Origin: Candidatus Daviesbacteria bacterium
Lineage (GTDB): Bacteria > Patescibacteriota > Microgenomatia > Daviesbacterales > UBA10151
Length of the DNA stretch: 64,000 nt
NCBI GenBank assembly: GCA_016176465.1
Contig: JACOXD010000004.1
Span: 50,119 to 114,118 of the forward strand
Direction: 5' to 3'
Of this stretch, positions 46,889-56,801 are shown piece by piece. Under the pieces are notes generated by a model that made no database searches, was not told where the DNA came from, and worked only from the letters and a program-made list of their open reading frames with translations. A program made the translations under genes and the position numbers. Numbering within the stretch: the stretch's first letter is position 1; each line of letters begins with the position of its first letter.

Positions 46889-47401
46889 CTCTTCTACTGT
46901 TTGTTCTACAGTTAAATTAGAATTGTCTATAACAACTTCTTCTTTGTCTTTCCACGACTCCATCATCTCGTAAATAGTTTTAACCATCTCATCGCTTAGT
47001 TTTTCTTCCCCCTCTCTTAAAAAGTTTCTTCTTATTAGCGCATCAAACGATGGCATAAGTACAACAACTTTCATAGCAACAGGCCCCAATACTTGCTTCC
47101 AGTTATCTAGCCCTGCCTCTTCCCACTCTGGAAAAACAGCATCATCTATAACACAGTTATATCCTTCAGCTAGGTAAATCTTCACAACTTCTGCACAGGA
47201 TTTTTGAGCTAAACTCAATTGCCTTTTAGTTTCTTCACTCCATCCTTCTTGAGGATCTACAAGTCCTGACTTCACGAAATATCTAAATTGGTCTAAAGAG
47301 AGATGAATTGTTGGAATCTTCTGTTTTTTAGCCCAAGAATCTGCAACCGAACTTTTTCCAGCTCCAGCAGGTCCAGTGATTAACAAAATAAAATTATTCA
47401 C
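46868..47401 (-). CDS. P-loop kinase (AAA_33-like)
   Basis: ITGPAGAGKS. Confidence 0.8.
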   Translation of the reverse strand: MNNFILLITGPAGAGKSSVADSWAKKQKIPTIHLSLDQFRYFVKSGLVDPQEGWSEETKRQLSLAQKSCAEVVKIYLAEGYNCVIDDAVFPEWEEAGLDNWKQVLGPVAMKVVVLMPSFDALIRRNFLREGEEKLSDEMVKTIYEMMESWKDKEEVVIDNSNLTVEQTVEELEKRLV

Positions 47402-49209
47402 TAACTTTTAAGTATACTTAAAAAGGCCTCTTGTGGTATCTCCACGTTGCCTATCATTTTCATCTTTTTCTTTCCCTTTTTTTGTTTTTCCAAAAGTTTA
47501 TCTTTTCTTGTTCTATCTCCACCATATAATTTTTGAGTCACATCTTTTCTGAAAGGAGAGATTGTTTCACGAGCAATAATTTTTCCACCAATTGCAGCCT
47601 GAAGTGCTATAGCAAAATTTTGGCGAGGCAAAACTTCTTTTAGTTTTTCAACCATCCGCCGACCGGCGGATTCTGCTTTCTGTCTATAAACTATTGTAGA
47701 AAGTGCATCTACTTTTTCTCCTCCTACTAAAAAATCAACTCTTACACCGTCAACTTCCCTAAAATCTATTAAGTTCCAATCTAAGGAAGCAAACCCAGAA
47801 GAGACTGATTTTAATTTGTCATAAAAATCTGTAATCATCTCAGATAAGGGCATTTCATAACTTAGCTGCACTTGTAAACCAAAATGCTGCATGTTTAAAA
47901 ACCGACCCCTCCTATCCTGGACTAATTCCATAACTGCTCCTATATATTGTTGTGGAACGAATATCTCAAGCTTAACCCATGGCTCTTTAAGGGGTCGTCC
48001 TGAGGAGTTTACCATTGAGGGATCTAATTCAGACGGATTATGTATCAATTTCCCATCCCAGAGATATTCCACACTTGGTGCTGTTGCTAGAAGATCTACA
48101 CTAAATTCTCCCTGTAATCTTTCCTGCACAACTTCAGCATGAAGCAATCCTAAAAACCCACATCTAAACCCAGCACCTAAGGCTGTTGAATTTTCCAGCT
48201 CATATGTAAAAGCTGGATCAGATAATCTGAATTTATCTAAGGCTTCTTTTATATCATGGTATTCATCCTGATCAATTGGATAGAGCCCTACAAAAACCAT
48301 TGGTTTTACATCTTTATAGCCAGGTAGCGCTGTTACACCTCCGAGGTGTGATGTTACGGTGTCACCTACTTTCACCAGGTCAGGAGTTTTTATTCCTGTT
48401 GCAACATAACCTATTTCCCCTGCTTTTAAGCTTTCTGATATGGAAAGTTTTGGAGAAAAATATCCTTTTTCTAAAACCTGTCCCTTTGCTTTTGTCCCAA
48501 GAAAATATATTTCTGATTGGTCTTTAGGAACTTCCCCTTCCATAATTCGGACACAAGCGATAACTCCTTTATATGCATCAAAAAAACAGTCGAACACAAG
48601 GGCGCGAAGAGGAAGGTGCAAAGCTAATCCACCTTCCAGGTGGTTTACGTTGACACCTGCGGATTTTGGAGGCGGAATACGCTCTATTATTGCTTTTAAT
48701 ATTTCTTCCACCCCCTGCCCTGTTTTTCCTGATGCTAAAATAATTTCTGATTCCAAAAAACCAAAAGTATCAGTTAATTCTTTTTTTACTTTTTCAACAT
48801 CAGCATTTGGCAAATCTACTTTGTTCACAACTGGAATTAAAGTTAGATTTTGCTCCAAAGCTGAGAGTCCATGAGACAAAGTTTGAGCTTGGATCCCTTG
48901 AGTTGCATCAACTAAAATCACTGCACCTTCAACTGCAGCTAAAGCACGAGAAACCTCATAAGAAAAATCCACGTGACCAGGAGTGTCAATTAGGTTTAGT
49001 ATATAGGGTATAGCATTTAGGGTATAGTTTAAACGCACAGGAGCAAGTTTTATAGTAATTCCCCGTTCTCTCTCAAGTGCTAAAGAATCCAAAAGTTGGG
49101 GTTCCATTTTATCTTTAGCAACAGTACCTGTTATTTCAATCAACCTATCTGATAAAGTTGATTTGCCATGATCTACATGTGCAATGATACTGAAATTGCG
49201 AATATTCAT
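47401..49209 (-). CDS. lepA: Elongation factor 4
   Basis: NIRNFSIIAH.DHGKSTL.DR, GFRCGFLGLLH, RK.KLLEKQK.GKK. Confidence 0.98.
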   Translation of the reverse strand: MNIRNFSIIAHVDHGKSTLSDRLIEITGTVAKDKMEPQLLDSLALERERGITIKLAPVRLNYTLNAIPYILNLIDTPGHVDFSYEVSRALAAVEGAVILVDATQGIQAQTLSHGLSALEQNLTLIPVVNKVDLPNADVEKVKKELTDTFGFLESEIILASGKTGQGVEEILKAIIERIPPPKSAGVNVNHLEGGLALHLPLRALVFDCFFDAYKGVIACVRIMEGEVPKDQSEIYFLGTKAKGQVLEKGYFSPKLSISESLKAGEIGYVATGIKTPDLVKVGDTVTSHLGGVTALPGYKDVKPMVFVGLYPIDQDEYHDIKEALDKFRLSDPAFTYELENSTALGAGFRCGFLGLLHAEVVQERLQGEFSVDLLATAPSVEYLWDGKLIHNPSELDPSMVNSSGRPLKEPWVKLEIFVPQQYIGAVMELVQDRRGRFLNMQHFGLQVQLSYEMPLSEMITDFYDKLKSVSSGFASLDWNLIDFREVDGVRVDFLVGGEKVDALSTIVYRQKAESAGRRMVEKLKEVLPRQNFAIALQAAIGGKIIARETISPFRKDVTQKLYGGDRTRKDKLLEKQKKGKKKMKMIGNVEIPQEAFLSILKS

Positions 49210-49217
49210 GGAGGATA

Positions 49218-50855
49218 TTATACTGCGCTAGTTTCATCAACTAGCTCTTCTGTTTTTAATTTTGTTTGGAATTTAGAAATCTTTTTAATTAGATTTACAA
49301 AGGTAGCAAGCTCTTCCACTTTTAGTAGCCAAACCAAAATTAAATAAATCCCTAAACCAAAGATAGATGCAATACCGGTTAGAATTAATAAATTAATAGT
49401 TTTAGTGGTATCAAAAACCAGCTGATCTAGTGCTTTTATAGGAATGTATAAAGCAATAGCAGAAACAATAGCGGCCAAAAGCATCTTAGAAGCCGGTGCA
49501 AATAAAGCCTGTCGGTCAAATCCCCCTACTTTTTGATGTAAGTAATAAATTAAAAGTAAAACAGAAATATTGGTTGCCACAGCTGAAGATAGTGCCAGTC
49601 CCCAAACGTCAAGATTGAAAAAATATACAACTAATAAATTTAAAACGATATTAATTAAAACTCCAATAAAAGAAACTAAAACAGGTGTCCTAATGTCTTT
49701 AAAAGCATAAAAACCGCGAACTAAAAGTAAAATTACAGATTGAGCGGCCAAACCTACTGCAAACCAAGCAACAGTCATCCCGGTTAAAACAGTATCATCC
49801 CAATCAAATTGTGAGGCTCCAAAAACTAATCTCACTGCCGGGATCCGCAAAACTATTAAAATTGCCGCCGCAGGTAAAGTTAAAAATAAAATCTGGTGCA
49901 TGGTTGTTAGAAGGGTTAATTTAAATGACTCAATCTCCCCTTTGGAGTGCTCCCTTGACAAAACAGGCAAAGCAGCTTGGGCTATTGTTGCACCAAATAA
50001 CCCAATAGGGACAGTGTATAGGTGTTGGGCAAAAGTTAAAAGGGTTACTGACTGGTAAGAGATAAGGGATGAAAGAGCAATAGCTACCCTATCTGATATT
50101 TGTTCAAAAACTAACCCTAAGTTCCGTAAACTCATCATTCTAATAATCTCTCTTACCCCGCTATTAAATAAATCTAAGGTAAGTTCATATTTAAATCCAA
50201 GAGATGAAATTAATGGCAGCTGGATTAAAGCATGCAAAATCGCTCCAATGACTACTCCGAAAGCAGGCCCCATAATTCCTAAGGGTTTTGATAAAAATAC
50301 TATCCCAAAAATAATACCTAAGTTATAAAAAAGTGGAGCGAGTGATGGAATTATAAAGCGCTGGTAACTTTGGGCCAAGGCTATAAAAAAAGAACCAATA
50401 AGCAATGCAATCTCAGCGAGTAATATTATTCTACTTATTGAATCTGTTAACTGCTTTTGCTCTCCACTAAATCCAGGCACTAATAAACTGTTTAAAGGAG
50501 CAACAAAAACAAAGGCTAACACTGATGCAAAAGTAAAAATAAGCAATGCCAAATTTAATGTTGTGGTCGCAAACTTAAATGCTTCCTCCTCACCTTTATG
50601 AGATATAAAATCAGTGAAAACTGGGATAAAAGCAAGGGACAGCGCCCCAAAAATTAATAGTTGAAAAATCAAATCAGGCAAAGAAAAAGCAGCTAAAAAA
50701 ATAGCAGCTGTTGAGGTATCAAAATTATGAACTAATAACCTATCTCTGATTAAGCCTAAAACTTTTGATGCAAAAACAGCAAACATCAAAATAGCAGCAC
50801 CTGATAAAATACTGTTTTGGCGCAGTGAGATTAAAGAAAGGAGTGATTTAACCAT
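49218..50855 (-). CDS. murJ: Lipid II flippase MurJ
   Basis: SKVLGLIRD, AF.LPD, GALS.AFIPVF, many TMs. Confidence 0.93.
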   Translation of the reverse strand: MVKSLLSLISLRQNSILSGAAILMFAVFASKVLGLIRDRLLVHNFDTSTAAIFLAAFSLPDLIFQLLIFGALSLAFIPVFTDFISHKGEEEAFKFATTTLNLALLIFTFASVLAFVFVAPLNSLLVPGFSGEQKQLTDSISRIILLAEIALLIGSFFIALAQSYQRFIIPSLAPLFYNLGIIFGIVFLSKPLGIMGPAFGVVIGAILHALIQLPLISSLGFKYELTLDLFNSGVREIIRMMSLRNLGLVFEQISDRVAIALSSLISYQSVTLLTFAQHLYTVPIGLFGATIAQAALPVLSREHSKGEIESFKLTLLTTMHQILFLTLPAAAILIVLRIPAVRLVFGASQFDWDDTVLTGMTVAWFAVGLAAQSVILLLVRGFYAFKDIRTPVLVSFIGVLINIVLNLLVVYFFNLDVWGLALSSAVATNISVLLLIYYLHQKVGGFDRQALFAPASKMLLAAIVSAIALYIPIKALDQLVFDTTKTINLLILTGIASIFGLGIYLILVWLLKVEELATFVNLIKKISKFQTKLKTEELVDETSAV

Positions 50856-51035
50856 ATGAAATTAAGTAAATATAATTCTAAGTCACAGGTAAGTTTTAAT
50901 CCATAGCTAATATTGTTGCAAGCTAATATAAAGCTATGATAAGATTCGCTCTGCCCTTGTCAAAATGCTCTCGCATTTTGCAAGCGATCTCGCAAGCAGA
51001 TTGTTATCTCAAGTTTTAAGGAGGCTTGTTCCGAT

Positions 51036-51395
51036 ATGCCTATAATACGTTCCGCAAAAAAGAAAATGCGCCAGGATAAAGTAAGAACTTTACGCAATCA
51101 AAATAAAAAATTAGCTTTAAAAAAGCTAATCAAATCTATGCGCAAAACTCCAAGCGCTAAATTACTAACTCAAATTTCATCAAGCTTGGATAAAGCAAGT
51201 AAAACTAATTTAATCCATGCTAATAAGGCATCACGATTGAAGTCAAGACTATCAAAATTGATAGCTCAGCCTTCTTTTGCGAACAAAAGTAAAGCCTCCA
51301 GGTTAAAATCCAGATTATCTAAACTAATTGTTTCTAAACCCAAAGCTCAAATCCTGGTTAAAACAGCCGCTAAAAAAACTTCTAAGAAGACTTAA
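51036..51395 (+). CDS. rpsT: 30S ribosomal protein S20 with duplicated C-terminal helix
   Basis: MP..RSAKK..RQ, LDKA....IH.NKASRLKSRL; GGAGG SD upstream. Confidence 0.93.
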   Translation: MPIIRSAKKKMRQDKVRTLRNQNKKLALKKLIKSMRKTPSAKLLTQISSSLDKASKTNLIHANKASRLKSRLSKLIAQPSFANKSKASRLKSRLSKLIVSKPKAQILVKTAAKKTSKKT

Positions 51396-51777
51396 AGTTC
51401 AAAGCTAGCGAGTTAATACAATATCTTTTCCTAGTTGCAGTTGGACCATCATCAAATAAATGCCCTAAGTGAGCTCCACAATTTTTACACAAAACCTCAA
51501 TTCTTTTCATCCCATGAGATAAATCCACCTTTAACTTCACTTTTTCATTTTCAGCTACTTTATCGAAAGAGGGCCAGCCTGTACCTGATTCAAATTTATC
51601 ATCTGATAAAAAAAGCTTCTCCCCGCAAACCACACACTGGTAAATCCCTCTTGCTTTATTATGAAGATACTTTCCGCTAAAAGGGGCCTCTGTTGATTTT
51701 AGGAAGCAAATTTCATATTGCTTTTGTGTTAAAGCTTTTTTCAACTCTTTTAAGTTTTTTCTTTTTACATAATCCAC
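51382..51777 (-). CDS. msrB: Methionine-R-sulfoxide reductase
   Basis: KFESGTGWPSF, HLGHLF.DGP, RYCINS. Confidence 0.95.
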   Translation of the reverse strand: MDYVKRKNLKELKKALTQKQYEICFLKSTEAPFSGKYLHNKARGIYQCVVCGEKLFLSDDKFESGTGWPSFDKVAENEKVKLKVDLSHGMKRIEVLCKNCGAHLGHLFDDGPTATRKRYCINSLALNFKSS

Positions 51778-51820
51778 AACTTAATATTATACCAACGCTT
51801 TCACGCTGTATAATATTGAT

Positions 51821-52384
51821 ATGTTGGAATCTGCCCCAAAAATTAAACTTAATTTAAACCTGCTTTTCCCTCAAGGCATCCCGCAAAAGATTCATGTTAA
51901 ATTTTTAAAGTGGTTGCTTACATTTGGAAGATATATAGCAGTAGTTGTTGAGATTTTAGTATTAGCTACTTTTGCAGCAAGGTTTAAGTTTGATAGTGAC
52001 TTAGTTCATCTTAAAGAAGAAATTAACAAACATATCCCATTTATAGAAAGCCTAGCAACCCAAGAAGTTTTAATTAGAGAGACTCAATTTAAAATTGATG
52101 TTGGTAAAAAAACCTACAACTTAAACCCTAATATCTCTTTGATTGTAACTACAGTAGCCTCACTTACTCCAACAGGAATTAGGATTAGCAGTATGCATTT
52201 TGATAACAATTCAGGGAAGGTTAATCTTCCATTTAGGCTCGCAGGCAAAACAAATTCAAACAATGATTTGGCAGTTTTTTTAAGCAACTTAAAAAATGAT
52301 TCAACCTTTACTAATATTGATTTGGTTGGTTTGACTTTTGAACAAGGCGAGATGAACTTTTCTATTACCGGAAATGTTAAGTAA
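51821..52384 (+). CDS. pilN: PilN-like type IV pilus assembly protein
   Basis: NLNLL motif, TM, C-terminal PilN-like domain. Confidence 0.7.
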   Translation: MLESAPKIKLNLNLLFPQGIPQKIHVKFLKWLLTFGRYIAVVVEILVLATFAARFKFDSDLVHLKEEINKHIPFIESLATQEVLIRETQFKIDVGKKTYNLNPNISLIVTTVASLTPTGIRISSMHFDNNSGKVNLPFRLAGKTNSNNDLAVFLSNLKNDSTFTNIDLVGLTFEQGEMNFSITGNVK

Positions 52385-52392
52385 CTAAAATT

Positions 52393-52989
52393 ATGGATGG
52401 ACGTTTTGGCAGATATTACACTTATATTAAGCCTGTTTTAAGAAACAGCTATGTCCGAACTTATAGTTCCCTGGTTTTTAGTTTAATAGCTATTGTATTT
52501 TTTGGCGTTTTTGCCATAAGGCCTACTCTTAAAACAATTTTTTCATTGCAAAAAGATATTGCTCAACAAGAGCAAGTTTTAAAGCAGCTGACGCAAAAAT
52601 CAACCAATCTTGAGCTAGGTAGACAAAATTATTTAAATTTAGATCTTGCTAGTTTGGAGGCTCTAGATCGATTGTTACCAAATAATGCTGCGCTTGCAGA
52701 TTTGATTGACGATCTCCAAACAACTGCTTTTGAAAATAATGCCTCCATTTCAGGACTGCAGTTTCAACCTATTGAGATAGAAAACTCATCCACAACAGTC
52801 GCCAAAACTAACGTCCAGGAAGTAGTTTTTACTATAAACATGCAAGGAAGTTATCAAGCACTGCTAAATGTATTAGATTCTCTTATCAACTTTCCCCGCT
52901 TAATCTCTTTAAGTACTGTCAGCCTTAATAAAATAGAGGGTGGTCCTTTGGTTTTATCAATTAATGGAAAAGCACTTTACTTAAAATGA
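52393..52989 (+). CDS. pilO: PilO-like type IV pilus assembly protein
   Basis: TM, coiled coil, LP, GSY..L..L..L...PRLI. Confidence 0.78.
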   Translation: MDGRFGRYYTYIKPVLRNSYVRTYSSLVFSLIAIVFFGVFAIRPTLKTIFSLQKDIAQQEQVLKQLTQKSTNLELGRQNYLNLDLASLEALDRLLPNNAALADLIDDLQTTAFENNASISGLQFQPIEIENSSTTVAKTNVQEVVFTINMQGSYQALLNVLDSLINFPRLISLSTVSLNKIEGGPLVLSINGKALYLK

Positions 52990-53222
52990 ACAAAAAAGAA
53001 TTACTTGTCTTAAGTTTAGTCACTTTTTTAGTTTTTATAGTCTGGATATCAACCGATATTTACAGAACAAAGTCTAATATTGAAATTTCACCCAAACTGC
53101 AACAAGCTCTAGAACCCCTTAATCCTAATTTTGATAAAACTTTTTTAGAACGGATTAAAAGTCAAAACTTAAATCAGTCAATAGATAATAATCCGGAAAG
53201 CAGCGATTCAGGAGAACTTTAA
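52986..53222 (+). CDS. Small membrane-anchored protein following pilNO
   Basis: TM followed by PLNPNFD. Confidence 0.65.
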   Translation: MNKKELLVLSLVTFLVFIVWISTDIYRTKSNIEISPKLQQALEPLNPNFDKTFLERIKSQNLNQSIDNNPESSDSGEL

Positions 53223-54121
53223 TGAATTCTAATCCTTTTATAAAAATACCTACCCTTCTTGGACTGACGCTTTTGGCTATTGCGCTAGGTATAGGAATTA
53301 TCCTTTTTCGCTATCATCAATATGTAACTTTTCAAACTAAAGCAGCTTTTGAACCCAAAAGTATTAAAATTGTCAATATTAGCGATTCTTCCGCCACAAT
53401 CACTTGGAATACTGATAATTTAACAACTGGCAAAGTTCTCTTTGGAGAAACACCAATGCTAGGTTTATCGCAAAAAGATGAGCGAGATTTGAAAACTACC
53501 TATCCAAGGTTAACCCATTTTGTAACATTAAAAAATTTAAGTAGTGAAAAAAATTATTATTTTCAAGTTTTAAATAATGAGTTTAGCTATCCTGATCAAG
53601 TTTTACAATTTAAAACTAATCCCAAAAATGAAAATCCTTCCCAGGCAAAATCCCATCTGGCAGTTTCCGGTTCGCTACTTTCTCAAAGAAAGCAATTAAT
53701 TGATGATGCCTTAGTTTTTTTGAAAATTCCCAGGCATGGAGATTTGGCTACTTTTATCACTCCCCTTGGTAATTTTATCATCACTGTTGATAATTTAAAT
53801 CTTGAATCAAAAACTGAAAGCTTACTTATTGCCTCTTCGGGTAACATAACCTCTCAAGTTAAAATAACTCTTTCCCAAAATAGCAAACCGCTTCCTCCTA
53901 TTGTTTTAGGAGAGGATGCCGATTTTAGCAATCTTCCGCAGTTAGATAATCCAAATTCAAGCAATTTAGATATTAATCTGGATGGATCAATTAATTCCCT
54001 AGATCTATCTTTAGTGTTAAACAATATTGGAAAACAAATAAAAAATCCCAGAGTTGATATTAATTTTGACGGAAAGGTTGATCAAAAGGATGTTGAGCTA
54101 ATTAAGCAAAAATTACGCTAA
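53222..54121 (+). CDS. Exported protein with Fn3-like and dockerin-like domains
   Basis: NISDSSATITW.T; DINLDGSINSLD / DINFDGKVDQKD. Confidence 0.8.
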   Translation: MNSNPFIKIPTLLGLTLLAIALGIGIILFRYHQYVTFQTKAAFEPKSIKIVNISDSSATITWNTDNLTTGKVLFGETPMLGLSQKDERDLKTTYPRLTHFVTLKNLSSEKNYYFQVLNNEFSYPDQVLQFKTNPKNENPSQAKSHLAVSGSLLSQRKQLIDDALVFLKIPRHGDLATFITPLGNFIITVDNLNLESKTESLLIASSGNITSQVKITLSQNSKPLPPIVLGEDADFSNLPQLDNPNSSNLDINLDGSINSLDLSLVLNNIGKQIKNPRVDINFDGKVDQKDVELIKQKLR

Positions 54122-54757
54122 AAATTTCCAGATTAAGCTTTGCAAAGCTAATCTTTCTTCAATTAATCCTTGTTTAATTTTATAATCTGTTATTAATATC
54201 TGATGATAAAAAAACTTAAGTTTTTCAAGGGGGAAATTTCTTTTTTGTTGTTCTATTTTTTTAAAGATAAAACTGGAAGTATTTTTAGGATTTAGAATTA
54301 ATCTTCTTAGCATATAAAAAAGCATTGTTAAAATATATTGGCAGTTTACTTCTTTGAGCAATATTTCAAACTCATCCATAGCTTTGGGATTTTTTTCTGA
54401 AAGCATGTTTAACAAAGGAAAAATAGTTATTTCTTTTTCTTCATTAATTTGGATTACTTGAATTTTTTTATTCATTAAAATTTTGCTAGAGGGTTTTTTT
54501 GAGAATTTTAAAATTAAGGTTAAAGAATCATCTATATCTAGTTGGTTTATATCCAAAGATTCATCAACATCCTCAACAATGACTAATCTTTTTTCAGAAA
54601 ATAAATCCATACTAGCTAGCTCTATTAACAACTTAGCTAATCCAATTTCTTCAAAATTAATTTCTTTGACGCTTAAGGGGTCAAAATCTTTTTTTATCTC
54701 ACTAATCTTTTTATTTAATGCCGCGAGGGCACTCCCATAAGCAACAATTATTTTCAT
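54113..54757 (-). CDS. holA: DNA polymerase III delta subunit (short)
   Basis: DLFSEKRLVIV, D.KIKQG near the C-terminus. Confidence 0.7.
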   Translation of the reverse strand: MKIIVAYGSALAALNKKISEIKKDFDPLSVKEINFEEIGLAKLLIELASMDLFSEKRLVIVEDVDESLDINQLDIDDSLTLILKFSKKPSSKILMNKKIQVIQINEEKEITIFPLLNMLSEKNPKAMDEFEILLKEVNCQYILTMLFYMLRRLILNPKNTSSFIFKKIEQQKRNFPLEKLKFFYHQILITDYKIKQGLIEERLALQSLIWKFLA

Positions 54758-55977
54758 TTTTGATCTTCCGTTTTACTAAAACTCATCCTTACGAAATTGT
54801 GTATTTTTTTCATATCATTATCTTGTGGAATTAATACAAATGCTCCTCCATAAAAAGCGGCAGGAGGCGTAACCAAGATTGATTTTCCTTCACCCAAATC
54901 CCCCAATACAACGCTTTCTACTTTCTTTGTTGTTTTAATTAATTTATAAAATTCCAAATAATGTTCAAAAGGGATATCTGTTTCCAAACTTGATCCAAGA
55001 GTTGCCACCAAACCTGTAACTTTTATTGGATTAGCTAAAGTTTCTAAAGACAACACTTTTTCTCTAAATGCTTGGATAATAAGTTGTTGTCTTCTTGATC
55101 TGGCAAAATCCGATCCTTCACCATTGCTTCCCATTCTAGAGCGAACAAATTTGAGAGCAGTTTCCCCATCCATTTTTGTACTACCTTCATCAAAGTGTAT
55201 ATGTTCAAAACGACAATCAAACCTAATTTTATTTGAATCGGTAGCAATAGCCCCTGTTGGATCAAGCAATATTTTATATTTCCCTGAAGCTAGGGGGTAA
55301 GGCTTATCAGAATACCAAAGTCCACTCGGATAAGGTGTCGCTAAATTTAGCTTTTGTATATCTTCGTCTTTTAACTCTCTTTCCTCCTCTTTATAATCAC
55401 ACAATTCATCTTCTTTGCCTTCAATTGGGTAGTTGTAGTCATCAAATGTATGTGGCACATTGACCTTAACCCCTTCTATTAAATCTATTGCTTTGGCAAA
55501 ACCGCTAAAATCCAACCTTATGGCATAATGAATTGGAATCCCCATAATTTCTCCAATTTTACTTTTGGTGTAATTTAACCCATCCCCCTTTTTAACTCCA
55601 ATTGCGTACAGGGTATTTACTTTAACTGACGCTTTATCAATCCATAAATCCCTAGGGATAGAAAAAAGAATAGCTTTTTTGGTTTTTAAATTATATGAGG
55701 CAATAATTATTGAATCAGTAAGTAATGGTCCATCATGCCCTCCCCCAGCATTTCCTATCATTAAAATATTTACCCGATCATTATCAGATTTTATAGGAGA
55801 GGCTCCAGGAAGTAGTGGTATTTTAAATATAAAGGAACTGGAAGAAGAAGTAGTTTGAGCCCAAATAAAAATTATTAAAAAAACCATTCCCAACCCTATT
55901 AAAAAAGGTAAAAATTTTTTAAAATTTTGTTTATTTTTTCTATTTTGTTTCTGTAAATCTATCTTTTTAAGCATCAA
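54754..55977 (-). CDS. LytR-CpsA-Psr (LCP) family protein
   Basis: LTDSII, SIPRDLW, ALKFVRSR, SDFARSRRQQ. Confidence 0.93.
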   Translation of the reverse strand: MMLKKIDLQKQNRKNKQNFKKFLPFLIGLGMVFLIIFIWAQTTSSSSSFIFKIPLLPGASPIKSDNDRVNILMIGNAGGGHDGPLLTDSIIIASYNLKTKKAILFSIPRDLWIDKASVKVNTLYAIGVKKGDGLNYTKSKIGEIMGIPIHYAIRLDFSGFAKAIDLIEGVKVNVPHTFDDYNYPIEGKEDELCDYKEEERELKDEDIQKLNLATPYPSGLWYSDKPYPLASGKYKILLDPTGAIATDSNKIRFDCRFEHIHFDEGSTKMDGETALKFVRSRMGSNGEGSDFARSRRQQLIIQAFREKVLSLETLANPIKVTGLVATLGSSLETDIPFEHYLEFYKLIKTTKKVESVVLGDLGEGKSILVTPPAAFYGGAFVLIPQDNDMKKIHNFVRMSFSKTEDQK

Positions 55978-56635
55978 CTTGGGAAATTATTTTTAAGAAA
56001 TCGGATGGATTTAGCGCCCCAGTTGCGACTAAGACTCCATTAATATTTTCTTGCATTAAAAAATCTTTAACATTTTCAAAATTAACACTCCCCCCATATA
56101 AAACTTCCAAATTATCCTTCTTTGTCTTTAACTTAGTAGCAACACTATTGGCGTTAGATGGAGTATCAGGATTACCAGTGCCTATGGCAAAGATTGGCTC
56201 ATAAGCAACCAAATTGCAATCATTCGGAATAGGGGTATTTTCCCCTTGAACACAGACTAAAGGAATAATATTATACTTTTTAGCTTCCATAACTTTTTGA
56301 GCTACCATCTCATCAGTTTCAGCAAAATTTTTCCGCCTCTCGCTATGACCTAAAATTGCCAGATCAATAAAAGGAGATAAAAATTTTGCAGCTTCCTCAC
56401 CAGTGTAGGAACCCTCTGGAAAGGGGGATAAATCTTGAGAACCTACAAGTATTGGGAAATTATTTACAAGCATTTGTTTTTTAACTTCTTCAATGCTTAA
56501 AAAATCAGGACAAACAACTATTTTTAAATCTTCCCTTTTATAAAGCTTTGGACCAACCACAGATACCCAATCAAGCGTTTTATTGATATCTAAATTGGAT
56601 TTAAAATTTACAATAACCCAAAGATTTTTATTCAT
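55967..56635 (-). CDS. tpiA: Triosephosphate isomerase (short form)
   Basis: NFKSN, GHSERR, AYEP.FAIGTG, YGGSV. Confidence 0.95.
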   Translation of the reverse strand: MNKNLWVIVNFKSNLDINKTLDWVSVVGPKLYKREDLKIVVCPDFLSIEEVKKQMLVNNFPILVGSQDLSPFPEGSYTGEEAAKFLSPFIDLAILGHSERRKNFAETDEMVAQKVMEAKKYNIIPLVCVQGENTPIPNDCNLVAYEPIFAIGTGNPDTPSNANSVATKLKTKKDNLEVLYGGSVNFENVKDFLMQENINGVLVATGALNPSDFLKIISQVDA

Positions 56636-56652
56636 ATAAAGCTTACGCCTGC

Positions 56653-56801
56653 TAAAGACAGTGAAGTCACGAGCTAGAAAAATGTAGTGCGTTTCGCTTA
56701 TGCCAAGTCAATGACCGTAGACCAGTCTGGTGCGAAACAAACTCCAAGCGAGACGCGTGGAAGGTCGAGCGGTTTTTTCAGCCGTGACGAACTAGTCTTT
56801 A
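56653..56801. other. About 150-nt rod-like inverted repeat (ncRNA or MITE candidate)
   Basis: Nested pairings taaagac/gtcttta, gtcacg/cgtgac, gaaaaa/tttttc, gcgtttcgctt/aagcgagacgc. Confidence 0.65.
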
